From: a virus
Lineage: Duplodnaviria; Caudoviricetes
Direction: 5' to 3' (one strand)
DNA: 64,000 bases
Virus record (IMG/VR): IMGVR_UViG_3300033072_000249
Span: 1-64,000 of that record
The position numbers were made by a program, and so were the translations under genes. Numbering within the stretch: the first letter of the stretch is position 1; each line of letters begins with the position of its first letter. A model generated the notes under the pieces. It was not told the DNA's origin. It was given only the letters and a program-made list of their open reading frames with translations, and made no database searches. Below, piece after piece: positions 26,923 to 38,400 of the stretch.

Positions 26923-28309
26923 GCGCGTCACCACGCTGCCGCCAACCATTGGGATCAAAGACCCTGAGGTGCGCCAGTTCCTGGATGCGCTGGTCAACGC
27001 CTGGGACCACCGCAGCGGCAACACCGACGCCGGGAGCCCCGACCGCTTCATCACGGCCGAGGAGTTTGAGAAGCTGGCCAGCAACTCGATCGCTGGCGTA
27101 TTTGCCGATGCCATGAGTGGCGCAGGCATTGGCACCGGCACCGGCAGCGGTGGCCAGGCCACGACGGTGGCGGACATGATTCGGTCACTCTCCGACGAGA
27201 TCAAGCGCAGCCTCCTCTACCAGCTGCTGGGCACCGAGTACGGATCGATCGACGTGTCTTCTCTGCAGGCCCGTGTCAATGCCGCATTCAACAATGCGAA
27301 CACGCTGTTCCTCCAGGAGAAGACCGAGCGCGAGAGCCAGTACGAGTCGATGACGGAGCAGATCAACATTCAGGCGTCTCGAATTCAGGCGTCTGAGGCC
27401 GCCATCGTCTCCGAGGCCACCACCAGGACGAACAAGGACAACGCCCTGGCAAGCGCCATCAACACGATGTGGGCGAAGATCGGCGGCAGCGCCGCGGTCA
27501 TCCAGGATGGTCAGCTCGCATCCGTCACGCCGAGCGCTGTCCAGGCCACCAAGTGGGACCAGGTGCAGGTTGCATTGCGCGACCCAAACACCGGCACAGT
27601 CTCATCGACGTCGATCAAGCAGGAGCTCAACAGCTACATCAACAGCGCGGATGGCAAGTTCAACTCGATCTACAGCGTCCGAGCAGAGATCACCCAGGAC
27701 GGGCGCACGATCGTTGGCGGCTTCGGCTTGGCGGCTGTCGGCGGCGCCAACGGAGGTCAGGGTCCGAGCATCGACTTCGGTGTGCGCGCAGACAAGTTCT
27801 GGGTCGGGAGCCCGTCTGGCGTAGGGGACATCCCGTTCATCATCCAGGGCGGCAACACCTACATCAAGACCGCGTTCATTGCTGATGCGACCATTGACAC
27901 GCTGAAGCTCACCGGCGGCTCGGTCACCTCGATGTCCTATGGCAACACGAGCAACCGCAACGTGGGCGCCGGCTCCGAGATTGTCGCGTGCCAGGCCACC
28001 GTCAACATGGCGGCGAATGCGTCCGGCGTCGTGGTCACGGCGACTGCAACCTGCGGCCCCGTTGGCAGTGACTCCGCCACCGGTTGGCTCACGCTTCGTC
28101 GCACCAACGGGACGATGATCGGGTTCACGGCGTTCTCGATGATCGGCGGCTCTCAGTTCTCGGCATGCGTCACCGGTTTCGATCCGACGCCGCAGCCAGG
28201 CCTGAATACCTACCTCCTGATCGTCGGCAACCCCACCGGCGGCCCCGGTGCAAACACGGCCATGTACGTCCAGGTGGCGTCCATCACAGCAACTGGCGGC
28301 AAGCGATGA
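26915..28309 (+). CDS. tail tip/fibre protein with DUF1983-like domain
   Basis: GGFGL..FGVRADKFWVG..PFIIQGGNTYIKTAFIADATI. Confidence 0.8.
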   Translation: MSKRVTTLPPTIGIKDPEVRQFLDALVNAWDHRSGNTDAGSPDRFITAEEFEKLASNSIAGVFADAMSGAGIGTGTGSGGQATTVADMIRSLSDEIKRSLLYQLLGTEYGSIDVSSLQARVNAAFNNANTLFLQEKTERESQYESMTEQINIQASRIQASEAAIVSEATTRTNKDNALASAINTMWAKIGGSAAVIQDGQLASVTPSAVQATKWDQVQVALRDPNTGTVSSTSIKQELNSYINSADGKFNSIYSVRAEITQDGRTIVGGFGLAAVGGANGGQGPSIDFGVRADKFWVGSPSGVGDIPFIIQGGNTYIKTAFIADATIDTLKLTGGSVTSMSYGNTSNRNVGAGSEIVACQATVNMAANASGVVVTATATCGPVGSDSATGWLTLRRTNGTMIGFTAFSMIGGSQFSACVTGFDPTPQPGLNTYLLIVGNPTGGPGANTAMYVQVASITATGGKR

Positions 28310-28722
28310 AGCACTTTGTTTTCTGCGACAACACGGGCGAGGTCTTCAGCACGATCTCGTGCCAGGTCGGCGTTGTGCCGCCGCCGCCGCCAGGCATGCG
28401 CGCGGTTGAGGTTGACCGCCAGGTCATGGCGTCCGACGTCTACGTCAAGGGTGACGTGGTCAAGTTCAAGTCGCCAATGCCATCGACCAATCACAAGTTC
28501 GATGTCACCAAGGAGAAGTGGCTCCTCGACGAGGTTGCTGCGTGGCAGGCTGTTCGGCGCACGCGGGACCAGGCCATCGCCAAGACCGATTGGGTCGTCC
28601 TCCCTGATGTGAGCATGTCGACGGAGAAGAAGCAGGCCTGGCTGGACTACCGTCAGGCCTTGCGCGATGTGACCTCGCAGCCTGACCCTGTCAACATCTC
28701 TTGGCCAAAAGCCCCGTCCTGA
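28306..28722 (+). CDS. tail fibre assembly chaperone
   Basis: VRRTRDQAIAKTDWVVLPD..WLDYRQALRDVTSQP..ISWPKAP. Confidence 0.85.
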   Translation: MKHFVFCDNTGEVFSTISCQVGVVPPPPPGMRAVEVDRQVMASDVYVKGDVVKFKSPMPSTNHKFDVTKEKWLLDEVAAWQAVRRTRDQAIAKTDWVVLPDVSMSTEKKQAWLDYRQALRDVTSQPDPVNISWPKAPS

Positions 28723-28725
28723 CCC

Positions 28726-28753
28726 CAACAAAATGTTGTTTCGGGGCTACAAT
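28726..28753 (+). promoter_or_regulatory. CAAC-N5-GTTG operator plus -10 TACAAT upstream of the ejection-protein operon
   Basis: CAAC-AAAAT-GTTG 28726-28738; TACAAT 28748-28753. Confidence 0.65.
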
Positions 28754-28782
28754 CTCGCGCGCGTGAGAGCGCTGGAGGCCCC

Positions 28783-29220
28783 ATGGAACAACCCGTCACG
28801 AAGAGAAACCTGCGGCTGCTGACGCCAGCGCAGTTTCGTGACGCCTGGCCGACGCTGCGCAACATGCTCCTCCCAGTCGAGGATCACTGCAATGGTGAGC
28901 TGCTGGTCGAAGACGTGCCTCGCCTCGTGGATGAGCGCAAGGCATTCGTGCTCGTGATGTTCGAGGGCTCGTCGCTGATCCTGGTTGGCGTGATGGAGAT
29001 CATCACCTATCCGCGCAAGACCGTCATGAACACGATCATGATGGCTGGGCGCGGATCTCGATACCTCTTCACAGACTGCCGCGACGCTGTGGCCGCCATT
29101 GCAACCACCCTCGGCGCGAGCTGCATTCGCGGCTACGTCCGACCCTCTGTTTCCCGCCTGCTTCGGCAGTCCACGCCGCGCGCTCGCGAGGTGTATTCCA
29201 TCGTGGAGATCGACCTGTGA
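28783..29220 (+). CDS. GNAT-like protein preceding internal virion proteins
   Basis: GGAGG RBS; beta-alpha pattern, MAGRGSR and CIRGYVRP; position typical of podophage acetyltransferase-like genes. Confidence 0.55.
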   Translation: MEQPVTKRNLRLLTPAQFRDAWPTLRNMLLPVEDHCNGELLVEDVPRLVDERKAFVLVMFEGSSLILVGVMEIITYPRKTVMNTIMMAGRGSRYLFTDCRDAVAAIATTLGASCIRGYVRPSVSRLLRQSTPRAREVYSIVEIDL

Positions 29221-30653
29221 TCATCAGGACCAAATTCAACGGCTATGCGGCCGACGGCACCCGGCGCTACTTCAAGGGTGGCGGCGGTGTGAAGTACGAC
29301 AACCTGGAGCAGCTGTACGCGATTCAGGCGGAGCAGGCGAAATCCTTGATGGATCAAGCCAACGCCAACGTCTACCCGGCTTACAACTCGCTGCTCGAGG
29401 AGGCCAAGAACACCGGCTCTCAGGCCAACCAAGAGATCGCCGCCGGTCGTGCTGGCGCTGATGTGGTAGCCGCGCAGGGTGGCGCCAAGAAGCAGCTCGA
29501 GCAGCAGCTCTCGTCGATGGGCGTCAACCCCAACGACCAGAAGTTCGCCAACACCATGGCGGCCATGGATCTGGACGCGGCCGCACAGAAGGCTTCGGCA
29601 ATGACGGGCGCTCGCGACAAGACCCGCGACCTCGGCTTTGCCAAGCTGACCGACACGGTCAACGCCGGCATGGGCATCGGCTCCAACGCGGTGGCCGCCC
29701 TGAACTCCGCTGGCGGCATGGCCAGCAACATCGCCGGCCTGCAGCAGCAAGGCCAGGCCAACCGCGACGCCAACCTCGGCAACATCGCCGCCCTGGGCAC
29801 GCGCCTGCTGATGAACAAGGGCGGCCTGGTGCCGAAGAGCTGCAGCAAGCAAGTCAAGGGCTACAACCGTGGCGGCATCATCGGCGCCATGCAGGGCGTG
29901 AAGGCTGCACCTCCACCCTCTGGCGCCACCGCCCCATCGCCTCTGTCGCGTGCCGCATCGCAGGTTGCGACCGGTGGCACCCCTGGCGCTGGCAAGGCAA
30001 TCGAGACCGTGGGCAACCTGGTCGGCAAGGTAGCCCCAGAGGCCGGCAACAGCATCAGCTCGTTCGGCACTGGCCTGCGCTTGGGTGACAAGGCTCAGCC
30101 GGCGATCGATGCCTACAAGGCCGCATCCGCTGGCACCGAGGCCGCCACTGCTGCCACCGCGGGTGCTGAGGCTGGGACGGCCGCTGCCGCCGGCGCAGAA
30201 GCTGCAGGAACCGCTGCAGCAGGTGCAGAGGCTGCCGGCGCCGCCGCAGCTGGCGCCGAGGCCGCTGGTGCCGCTGCCGCTGGCGCCGAGGCTGCTGGCG
30301 CAACGGCAACCGCCATGGGTGCCGGCTCCGCCATCGGCAGCGCACTGTCCGTGGCCATGCCGTGGATTGGTGGGGCGATGCTCATCGGCAGCGCGCTCGA
30401 CCTGTTTGCTGATGGCGGCGAAGTCAAGGCTCACAAGATCGGCGGCCAGCAGGGCGGTGACGGTGTGGCTGAGAGTGACACCGGCGGCAAGGTCGATGGG
30501 CCTGGCGGCCCGAAGGAGGACAAGGTGCTGGCCCGCCTGTCGCCCGGCGAGTTCGTCATGCCGGTGGCCACCGTCAAGATGTACGGCCTGGAGCGCCTCG
30601 AGAAGATGCGCAAGCTCGGCCTGCGTCACGAAAAACAACTCGGAATTCGTTGA
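29217..30653 (+). CDS. putative DNA pilot/ejection protein
   Basis: N-terminal leader ending YFKGGGG; Ala/Gly-rich; C-terminal GKVDGPGGPKEDKVLARLSPGEFV. Confidence 0.7.
   Translation: MIIRTKFNGYAADGTRRYFKGGGGVKYDNLEQLYAIQAEQAKSLMDQANANVYPAYNSLLEEAKNTGSQANQEIAAGRAGADVVAAQGGAKKQLEQQLSSMGVNPNDQKFANTMAAMDLDAAAQKASAMTGARDKTRDLGFAKLTDTVNAGMGIGSNAVAALNSAGGMASNIAGLQQQGQANRDANLGNIAALGTRLLMNKGGLVPKSCSKQVKGYNRGGIIGAMQGVKAAPPPSGATAPSPLSRAASQVATGGTPGAGKAIETVGNLVGKVAPEAGNSISSFGTGLRLGDKAQPAIDAYKAASAGTEAATAATAGAEAGTAAAAGAEAAGTAAAGAEAAGAAAAGAEAAGAAAAGAEAAGATATAMGAGSAIGSALSVAMPWIGGAMLIGSALDLFADGGEVKAHKIGGQQGGDGVAESDTGGKVDGPGGPKEDKVLARLSPGEFVMPVATVKMYGLERLEKMRKLGLRHEKQLGIR
30162..30311 (+). repeat. five tandem 30-nt (10-aa, GAEAAGAAAA-like) repeats
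   Basis: Repeat visible in the translation; codons diversified. Confidence 0.85.
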
Positions 30654-30661
30654 GGTAACAC

Positions 30662-32431
30662 ATGGGACTCGGAGCACTCGGAGCAATCGCTGGCGGCATC
30701 AACCGCGGCATGGACTGGGCCCAGCGGGACCAGGAGATCGAAGACCAACGCAAATTCCGCGAGGAGGACCGCGAGTACCAGCGGGGCATTCGCGGCTTCC
30801 AGCAGAAGCAGCAACAGCGGCAGACCGACCAGTGGGCCAAGGATGACCAGTTCCAGCAGGACCAGGCTGCCATCCCGAATGTGGGCGCCGTTAAGGCAAT
30901 CAAAGACACGGACCTCGGCCCCGAGCAGGTCAAGCAAACCGAGTCTGGATACGCTCGAGATCTCGGCAATGCGCTGAAGAAAAAAGGCGACACCGAGGGC
31001 GCGCTGAAGAGTTGGAAGTGGGCCGATGAGGCTGCATCCAAGGCTGCCGCCAACGCCGTCATCGGCCGCCTGTCTGGCCTTCCTCGCAGTGGTGCAGACC
31101 TGCAGCGTCTTGTCCAAGAGATTGGCGCTGGCGTGGATGCCGACGAGAGCCCGGTGGGCATCGACTACAAGAACGTCCGCAAGAACCCGGACGGCAGCGT
31201 CACCGTGCGTGCGTTCAACAAGAACAGTGGCTTTGGCGACGACATCACCGTTAACTCCATCGACGACCTCAAGGAGAAGATGACCTGGCACTACGCGCCG
31301 GACTATGCGCGCGCCCAGGCGGCAGAGCGCGCCAAGCAGCAGGCCGAGATCGCCAAGGAGAACATCAAGCCCATCAACACCCCAGCCGGCGGCGTGACCA
31401 CGCTGCGCAATCCGGATGGCTCGGTGCGCGAAACGATTCGCAACACCAATGGCTTGATCAACATGGGCACCGACGAGAACCCGCAGTGGGTGCGGCCCGG
31501 CGCGTCTGGCACTGGCGCCAGCTCCAGCACAGGCAAGGGTGCCAAGGTTGACGACCCCGTCAAGAATGCGGCCGACATCGTTCGTGAGCAGGCAACCAAG
31601 GGCAGTGCTCCGCTGAACTCGACGCAGATCTCTGACGCTGAGCTTCGTGCCGCTCAGATTGCCGCCCGCGGCGTCCCAGCGTATGTGGCGGCCAACGTGG
31701 CCATCAAGGTTGCACAAGACCCGACGCTGCTCAAGCCGCGCCTCGACCCAAGGACCGGCCTCATCGAGAACGTCTACGAAGACGGTGCCGTCGGCCAGGT
31801 GGTGGTTGATCGCGACGTCGCGACCGCCCGCAACCCGAAAGGCATGACGAAGGATCAGTTGCAGGGCTTCGCCAAGCAGGTGGTCACCAGCGTCAGCAAC
31901 CCTGAGGCCCAGAAGAACCTGGTCGCCGCAGCGTTCGATCCTGAAGCTCGCCGCAAGGTTGAAGACCAGCTGACCGCTGAGATCGGTAAGCAGTTCGACC
32001 AGATGCTGCAGGCCAACCCGAACGCCAAGGCATCCATTGATGCTCAGCGCAACGCGACCGTGAAGAGCTCGCTCGAGGCCCTGGGCCGAAAGCTGGACCT
32101 GATCAACGGCCACTACCCCAAGCCGCAGGTCAGCAACCCGACGCCAAAGGTCGACACCACGCGCGGCAGCGTTGGTGGCATCAACCCCAGCCGCTTCGCC
32201 GGCAAGTCGCCTCGCGAGATCGATCAGATGGTGGCGCAGGAGTCTCGAGATTTCCGTGCGCAGAACAAGCGGATGGTGCTCGATTCGGCCGCCGCCGCGC
32301 GCGACCCGGACATCATTCGACTCAACGCCGAGAAGGAAGCTGCACTGCGCGCTGGCAAGCCAGTCATCGCCAACGCGAAGATCGAAGAGATCAAGAAGAT
32401 CCAGGCCGAGCGCCACATGGTTCAGCGATAA
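30662..32431 (+). CDS. putative internal virion/ejection protein
   Basis: MGLGALGAIAGGINRG start, Gln-rich helix, position between pilot and giant genes. Confidence 0.7.
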   Translation: MGLGALGAIAGGINRGMDWAQRDQEIEDQRKFREEDREYQRGIRGFQQKQQQRQTDQWAKDDQFQQDQAAIPNVGAVKAIKDTDLGPEQVKQTESGYARDLGNALKKKGDTEGALKSWKWADEAASKAAANAVIGRLSGLPRSGADLQRLVQEIGAGVDADESPVGIDYKNVRKNPDGSVTVRAFNKNSGFGDDITVNSIDDLKEKMTWHYAPDYARAQAAERAKQQAEIAKENIKPINTPAGGVTTLRNPDGSVRETIRNTNGLINMGTDENPQWVRPGASGTGASSSTGKGAKVDDPVKNAADIVREQATKGSAPLNSTQISDAELRAAQIAARGVPAYVAANVAIKVAQDPTLLKPRLDPRTGLIENVYEDGAVGQVVVDRDVATARNPKGMTKDQLQGFAKQVVTSVSNPEAQKNLVAAAFDPEARRKVEDQLTAEIGKQFDQMLQANPNAKASIDAQRNATVKSSLEALGRKLDLINGHYPKPQVSNPTPKVDTTRGSVGGINPSRFAGKSPREIDQMVAQESRDFRAQNKRMVLDSAAAARDPDIIRLNAEKEAALRAGKPVIANAKIEEIKKIQAERHMVQR

Positions 32432-32440
32432 TCACCGCAT

Positions 32441-35400
32441 ATGTACGAAGACCTGATCGTCCCCGCCGGCGGATCGTTGCCGGCCACCACCAGTCCATCG
32501 GCAAACCCTGCACCGGCCGGCGGCAACGTCGAGTCTTTCGTGCAGACCTATTTGCCTTTGGCTCAGAAGGTTTCCGAGAAGACTGGTGTGGCCCCCGAGT
32601 CGCTGCTGGGGCAGTGGGGTCTCGAGACCGGATGGGGTAAGAGCGTCATCCCTGGCACCAACAACCTGGGCAACATCAAGGATGTGACCCGCAAGGGGCC
32701 GGTGGCGGTTGACAACATGACGAAGTCGTCTGACTCGTACATGGCATTCGAGACCCCCGATCAGTTCGGCGACCACTACGTCGGTCTGCTGGGTCGCCGC
32801 TACAAGACCGCAATGGGTGCTGGCGATGACTCGCAGAAGTTCTTCACCGAGCTCAAGCGCAGCGGCTACGCCGAAGACCCGGGCTACATCCAGAAGGGTG
32901 TGAACGCCGCCAACATGGTGGCAAAGGTGCTGGGCGGCGAGGGCCGCCAGATGACCACTGTTCGCGATCCGCAGGCTGCCGCACCAGCGCCTGGTGGCGA
33001 ATACTTCATGCCCCAGCGCGGCGTGTATGCCGACCTGATCGTGCCACCCGAGCCTCGCTCGTTTGGCGAGGCCGCTGCTGATACAGCCCTCGGCGCCGCA
33101 TCCGGCGTGGTGCAGGGCGTGGGCCTGCTGGCCAATGTGGCAGGCGCAGATAACCCTGTGTCCCGTGGTGCCAGCGAGATCTCACAGAGCCTGATGGGCA
33201 TGCAGTCTCCGCAGCGCCAGGCCGAGCGCGCCGCTCGCGCCGACACCATCCGCGCAGCCGAGGAAACGGGCAGCACCTGGGAGGAGATCAAGGCCAACGT
33301 GGGCGGCTTCCTTGAGGCCCCCGTCGAGACCACACTCAATGCCCTGGGCACCAGCGCCCCGACCATCCTGACCGCATTCATTCCCGGCCTGGGCCAAGCT
33401 GGCGCTGCACGCCTGATTCTGCAGGGTGCGCTGGGTGCCGCCCAGGGCGCTGGCGCGGTGAAGGGATCGATCTACGAGTCGGTGGAGCGCAAGCTGGTCG
33501 AGAGTGGCCTGTCGAAAGATGAGGCAGCCAAGATCGCTGCCGGCGCGCAAGCCTACGACAGCGAGAACGGTGGCAACATCGCGGCCGGCGCCATCCTCGG
33601 AGCTGCCGCGGGCACGACCGGTATCGAGGCGATGCTCAGCAAAGCGATGGGTGGCAACGCTGCAGCTCGTGGCTTGTTGGCTCGCGCCGGCATTGGCGTC
33701 GCAACGGAGGCCCCCGTCGAAGGCGCTCAAGGCGGGCAGGAGCGCTACGCCTCCAACGTCGCCCTACAGAACGAGGGGTTCGATGTCCCCACCTTCCAGG
33801 GCGTTGCAGGCCAGGCCGCCGGTGAGGCCGTCGCCAGCGCACCTGGTGGCGCCGCATTCGGCGCGCTCACACCGCCGGGCCCTGTGCCTGCGCCGATCCC
33901 GCCCGAGCTGCAGCCGGTTGCAGACAAGGCCGCCGAACCCAACAGCCCACTGTCCAAGGCCGCCATGGCCGGCGTGCAGACCGGCGCCGCTCAGGCTGCA
34001 TTGCAGCCTGCAGCGCCCCAGGTGGACCCGATGCAGCGCCTGGCCGAGCTCGAGGCCATCGGCAAAGACAAGCCGGCGCAACAGGTCACCGACGAAGCAG
34101 GCAACCCGCTGACCGCCCCTGGCGAGCGCGGCCGCTTCTTCACCGCCGAAGAGAAGGCTGAATACGACCAGCTCAAGGCCCTGCGTGACTCAACCCCCGG
34201 CATGACGCCGGAGGATCGCGACCAAGTCCAGCAGGCTGAAGTCTCGCAGCGCGACGAGATCCTGGAGCGCGTGACCGAGATCCGTGAGCTGCTGCGCGTG
34301 CCTGGCGCGCTGGATAGCCTGCGCGCCGAGGGCGCACCCACCACGGTGCAGAAATTCCTGGGCGACCTGGCTACCGCCGCCAGCAAGTCCGCATCGCCCG
34401 CTGTGCGTGAGCAGGCCCTGAACCGCGCCGAGATGGCGGCCGAGGTCGCCGGCCTGCAGCTGCAGCGCCGCGACGACATGCCGCGCTCGCAGACCAATGA
34501 GCGGACTGGCCCGCCCACCCGGGCAGACCAGGCTGCCGGCATGGTGACATCCACGGCAGGCATCTCGGCCGATGAGCGCGTCGAGGCGCTGCAGGCCATC
34601 GCAGCCTACCGCAATCCCAACCTGCCCGCCGGCACGCGCCAGGCCGCGCTGAATCGCGCGCTGGAGATCGTTGGCCGCGCCCAGGCTCCCCGGGGTACGC
34701 CGTCCGATCGTCAGACGCCGGCAGTCCTGGACGAGATCCCGCCGCAGCCCAACACGCCCGAGTGGTTCGAGGCTGAGGCCAAGCGTCGCGAGGAGGGCGC
34801 ATGGCAGTTCCGCCAGCTTGGCTACGACGACGAGGCCGACGCGCTGCTGGCAGAGATTGACCCGCTGCTCGAGGCCGCCGCGTCCGCGCGCGCTGGAGAG
34901 CTCGGCATGGAGGACTCGGCGGCCGAGGGTGATGGCATTGCTTCGCCCGTTGCGCAACAAACAGTTGACCAGGCAACCGCCGGTTTGCCGCGCGCACCAA
35001 TTGCCCCTGAGGATGTCAGTCGCCCAGCAGAAGAGCGCACCGCCGCGCGCCGCAAGCGCCGTGGCCAGTTCCGCCAGCTCGCCGACCTGGGCTTCGAGAC
35101 CGTGGAGCGTGATGGCGACGGCTTCGTGCTGCGCAACGCTAAGACGGGTCAGGCGGTGACCCTGGAGTCTGCGGCTGATGCGCAGCTGGCACGCATGGCC
35201 ATCAAGGACGCCGTCGATGCCAAGGCCCACACCGCGGCAGCGAGCCCGCTGAACGATCGCAAGGAGCCCACCGAGGGTCAGATCCGCGCCGGCAACTACA
35301 AGAAGTCGGACGTGATCGAGATGAACGGCGTCAAGGTCGTCATCGAGAACCCGCGCGGCAGCGTGCGCCGTGGCGTGGGCGCTGATGGCAAGCCTTGGGA

Positions 35401-38400
35401 AACCGAGATGAAGCACCACTACGGCGAGATCGTCGGCACCGAGGGTGCTGATGGCGACCGCGTGGATGTTTTCATCGGTAGCCGCCCGGACAGCAACCGC
35501 ATCTTCATCGTCGACCAGGTCAACGAGGATGGCTCGTTCGATGAGCACAAGGTGGTGTTCGGCGCCACCAGCGAGGCTGACGCGCGAAAGACCTACCTCG
35601 ACAACTACGAGAAGGGCTGGACTGGCCTGGGTTCCATCAAGGAGATGGCTCAGCCCGACTTTGTCCAGTGGGTCAAGTCTCGTGCCGCGAAGAAGCCCGC
35701 ATCCGAGAGTGAGATCGGCACCTTCACGGTCACCAGCGACGGCAAGACCTACACACTGCGTTCCGTCGCCGTGGATGGCATGCCAGCTGCCGCCGACTCG
35801 GCTGCGCGCGGCGAGCGCGGCCAGCGCATCACCAAGAACCAGGCACTCCTGCTCAAGGGTCTGGCCGGCTTCTTCGGCAAGGACGTGGTCTTCTTCTCCG
35901 ACCCGGAGAACAAGGTCAACGCCGACGGCTTCATCAAGCCCGGCGACAACGTCACGCTCTACATCAACGAGCGTTCCGGCATTTCGCCGCTGGCAGTGTT
36001 CGGCCACGAGCTGATGCACCTGCTGAAGCTCGATAACCCTGTGGCCTATGCCGCCATCGAGAAGGTGGTGCGCGATCGCGTGGCAGACCCCAAGGGTTTC
36101 CGCGCCGACTACGAAGGCAAGAAGCGCGACGACGCCAAGGATGGCGACCTCAGCTCTGCCGAGCTCGAGGAGCTGATCAGCGACCTCAACGGCAACCTGA
36201 TGGGCGACGCTGCATTCTGGAAGTCGGTGTTCGATGAGATCCAGGGCGCCGCCGGCAAGGAAGCCAAGGGCATCATCGCCCAGCTGCAGGCATTCCTGCA
36301 GCGCATGCTGGACGGCGCGGTTGCCGCGTTCAAGGGTCAGCCCACCTTCAAGGCTGACGGCTTCATCAAGGACGCCGACGCTGTGCGCGCCGCGTTCCGC
36401 ACAGGCCTGGCGCAGTGGGCTCAGTCCCAGGGCATCACCAAGGCGGCCATGCAGGGTGAGCTCCTGCGCGCCGAGAAGAAGCTGGGCGACGTCAAGAAGT
36501 CGACGCCTCGGCCGACCGATGGCCTCACGGTCACCGGCTACCACTTCAGCAAGCAGCCGCGCACGCTGCTGACCACGGGCTTCTTCGGCACCGGCCTGCA
36601 GGGCAGCGACCGCGAGCAGATCATGGCTCACCCGGATCGCCGCCTGCGTGAGCGCCTGTCGTTCTATGCGAACAAGGGCACCGGCGTGCGCCCCGAGTCT
36701 GGTGTTGGCGGCATCGCCCACAAGGCCGAGCTCACCAACATCTACGACTCCGACGCCGACATGAAGCGCCTGAAGGAAGGGCGCGATCGCCGCGGCTTCG
36801 AGTCGGCTGTGATCAACGTCGGCTACTCGGGCTACCTGTCCCGCCTCGAGGGCAGCCAGCCAGCCCAGGTGATCCTGCTGGGCCGCCAGACCGTCACCCC
36901 TGAGGTGCTGGGCCCTCGCAACCAGATCGACGACGCACCGCTGGTGCCGGCGAAGCAGCAGCGCCCGATGAACCTGGGCGACAAGATCCTGGCCAACAAA
37001 GCCCTGCCGGCCGGCAAGATGCCGCCGCAGACCTGGGCCAAGATCCTGATGGCCACCATGCCCGAGGAGGCAGCCCAGCTGCTGGACGTCGGCGCCCTGG
37101 GCACCAAGGACGTCTACAAGGACGAGCTGGTCCGCATGATCCGCGAGGCCAGTGGCGACATCAAGAAGTCCGCCGCCCGCGCCAAGAGCGAATTCGCCGA
37201 GGTCGAGGCCAAGTACAAGGACACCGACCAGTGGCTCAAGGCTCCGAACGGCGCCAAGACCAACCTGAACCAGCGCCAGTGGGTGCAGGTCCGCACACCG
37301 GCGTTCAAGAAGTGGTTCGGCGACTGGGAGGCCGCGGCCGCCAAGGGCGGCGTGTGGGCCAGCAACGACGTCTCCAAGGCGGTCGACGAGAACGGCGAGC
37401 CGCTGGTGGTCTACCACGGCACCGACAAGGGTGGCTTCTCGGAGTTCAAGGAGCCCGGTGGCACGAAGCGCGGCGACCTCGGCATCTTCACCACGCCGAA
37501 TCGGTGGATGGCATCCAGCTACGTCCGCAAAGGTCGAGCGGGAGCTATCACAGAAGACAAGCTGCAGCCACAGGATGCCGAGATCAAGGATCTCGGGTTC
37601 TCGTTGCCAAATGGAAACCGCTGGGTTCTGAGTCTCGATGGAGGCAAGCGTCAGTCCTACTACGAGACCGAGGAGGCTGCACAAGACGCGCTCGAGTCGA
37701 TGGGTGGCGAAAAGACGTCTGGCGTCTACGCCCTGTTCCTCAACATCCGCGACCCGAACGAGTCTGACTTCGAGGGCGCACTGTGGAGTGGTGAGCGGCC
37801 GGACCAATACCAGGTCCGCAACGAGGATGGCGAGAACATCGAGTGGGATGGTCGAATCTACTTCGACCTCGAGACTGCGCAGCGCCTGGCCGACGAGAAC
37901 GAGGGCGCCGAGGTGGAGCCGGCCGACGACCGCTTCGAGACCACCGACGATGTGGTCAAGGACGCCCGCCGCTATGATAACGACGGCGCCATTATTCGCA
38001 ACGTCATCGACGATGGCGGTGGCGGTGGCGGCTACGACCTTGAGCCCAGCGACGTCTTCGTTGCCCTTGATCCAAGCCAGCTGAAGAGCGCCGACTTCAA
38101 CGGCGGCGAGTTCAGCGCAGACAGCGACGACATCCGCAAGAGCGAGAAGCGCGAGTACAAGCTGGACATTGAGCGCGAGAGCCGCGTCAAAAGCAAGGCT
38201 GTCCGCATGCTCCCGGAAGAGCTGGCAGCGATCGACGCCGACGCCAAGAAGCTGGGCCTGTCAACTGTTCAGGTCAAGTCCATCATCGACAGCGCCAAGG
38301 CAACCAAGCGTCAGTACCCCGCCTCCGAGGGTTGGGCTCCGATCTCTGTTGTCGGTGTCAACGTCAAGAAAGACGACGACGGAAACCAGATTGCTGGCAC

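Noticed and set aside
37500-37720. Possible second nested gene in an atypical-codon stretch of giant gene 1
   Set aside because: Alternative frames give Ser/Arg-rich non-protein-like text without an RBS; more likely a recently inserted subdomain
34190-37807. Very long antisense ORFs (e.g. 34190-37807, 50126-53071, 16700-18826, 30626-32416)
   Set aside because: Shadows of strongly GC3-biased genes on the opposite strand; no RBS or protein-like motifs
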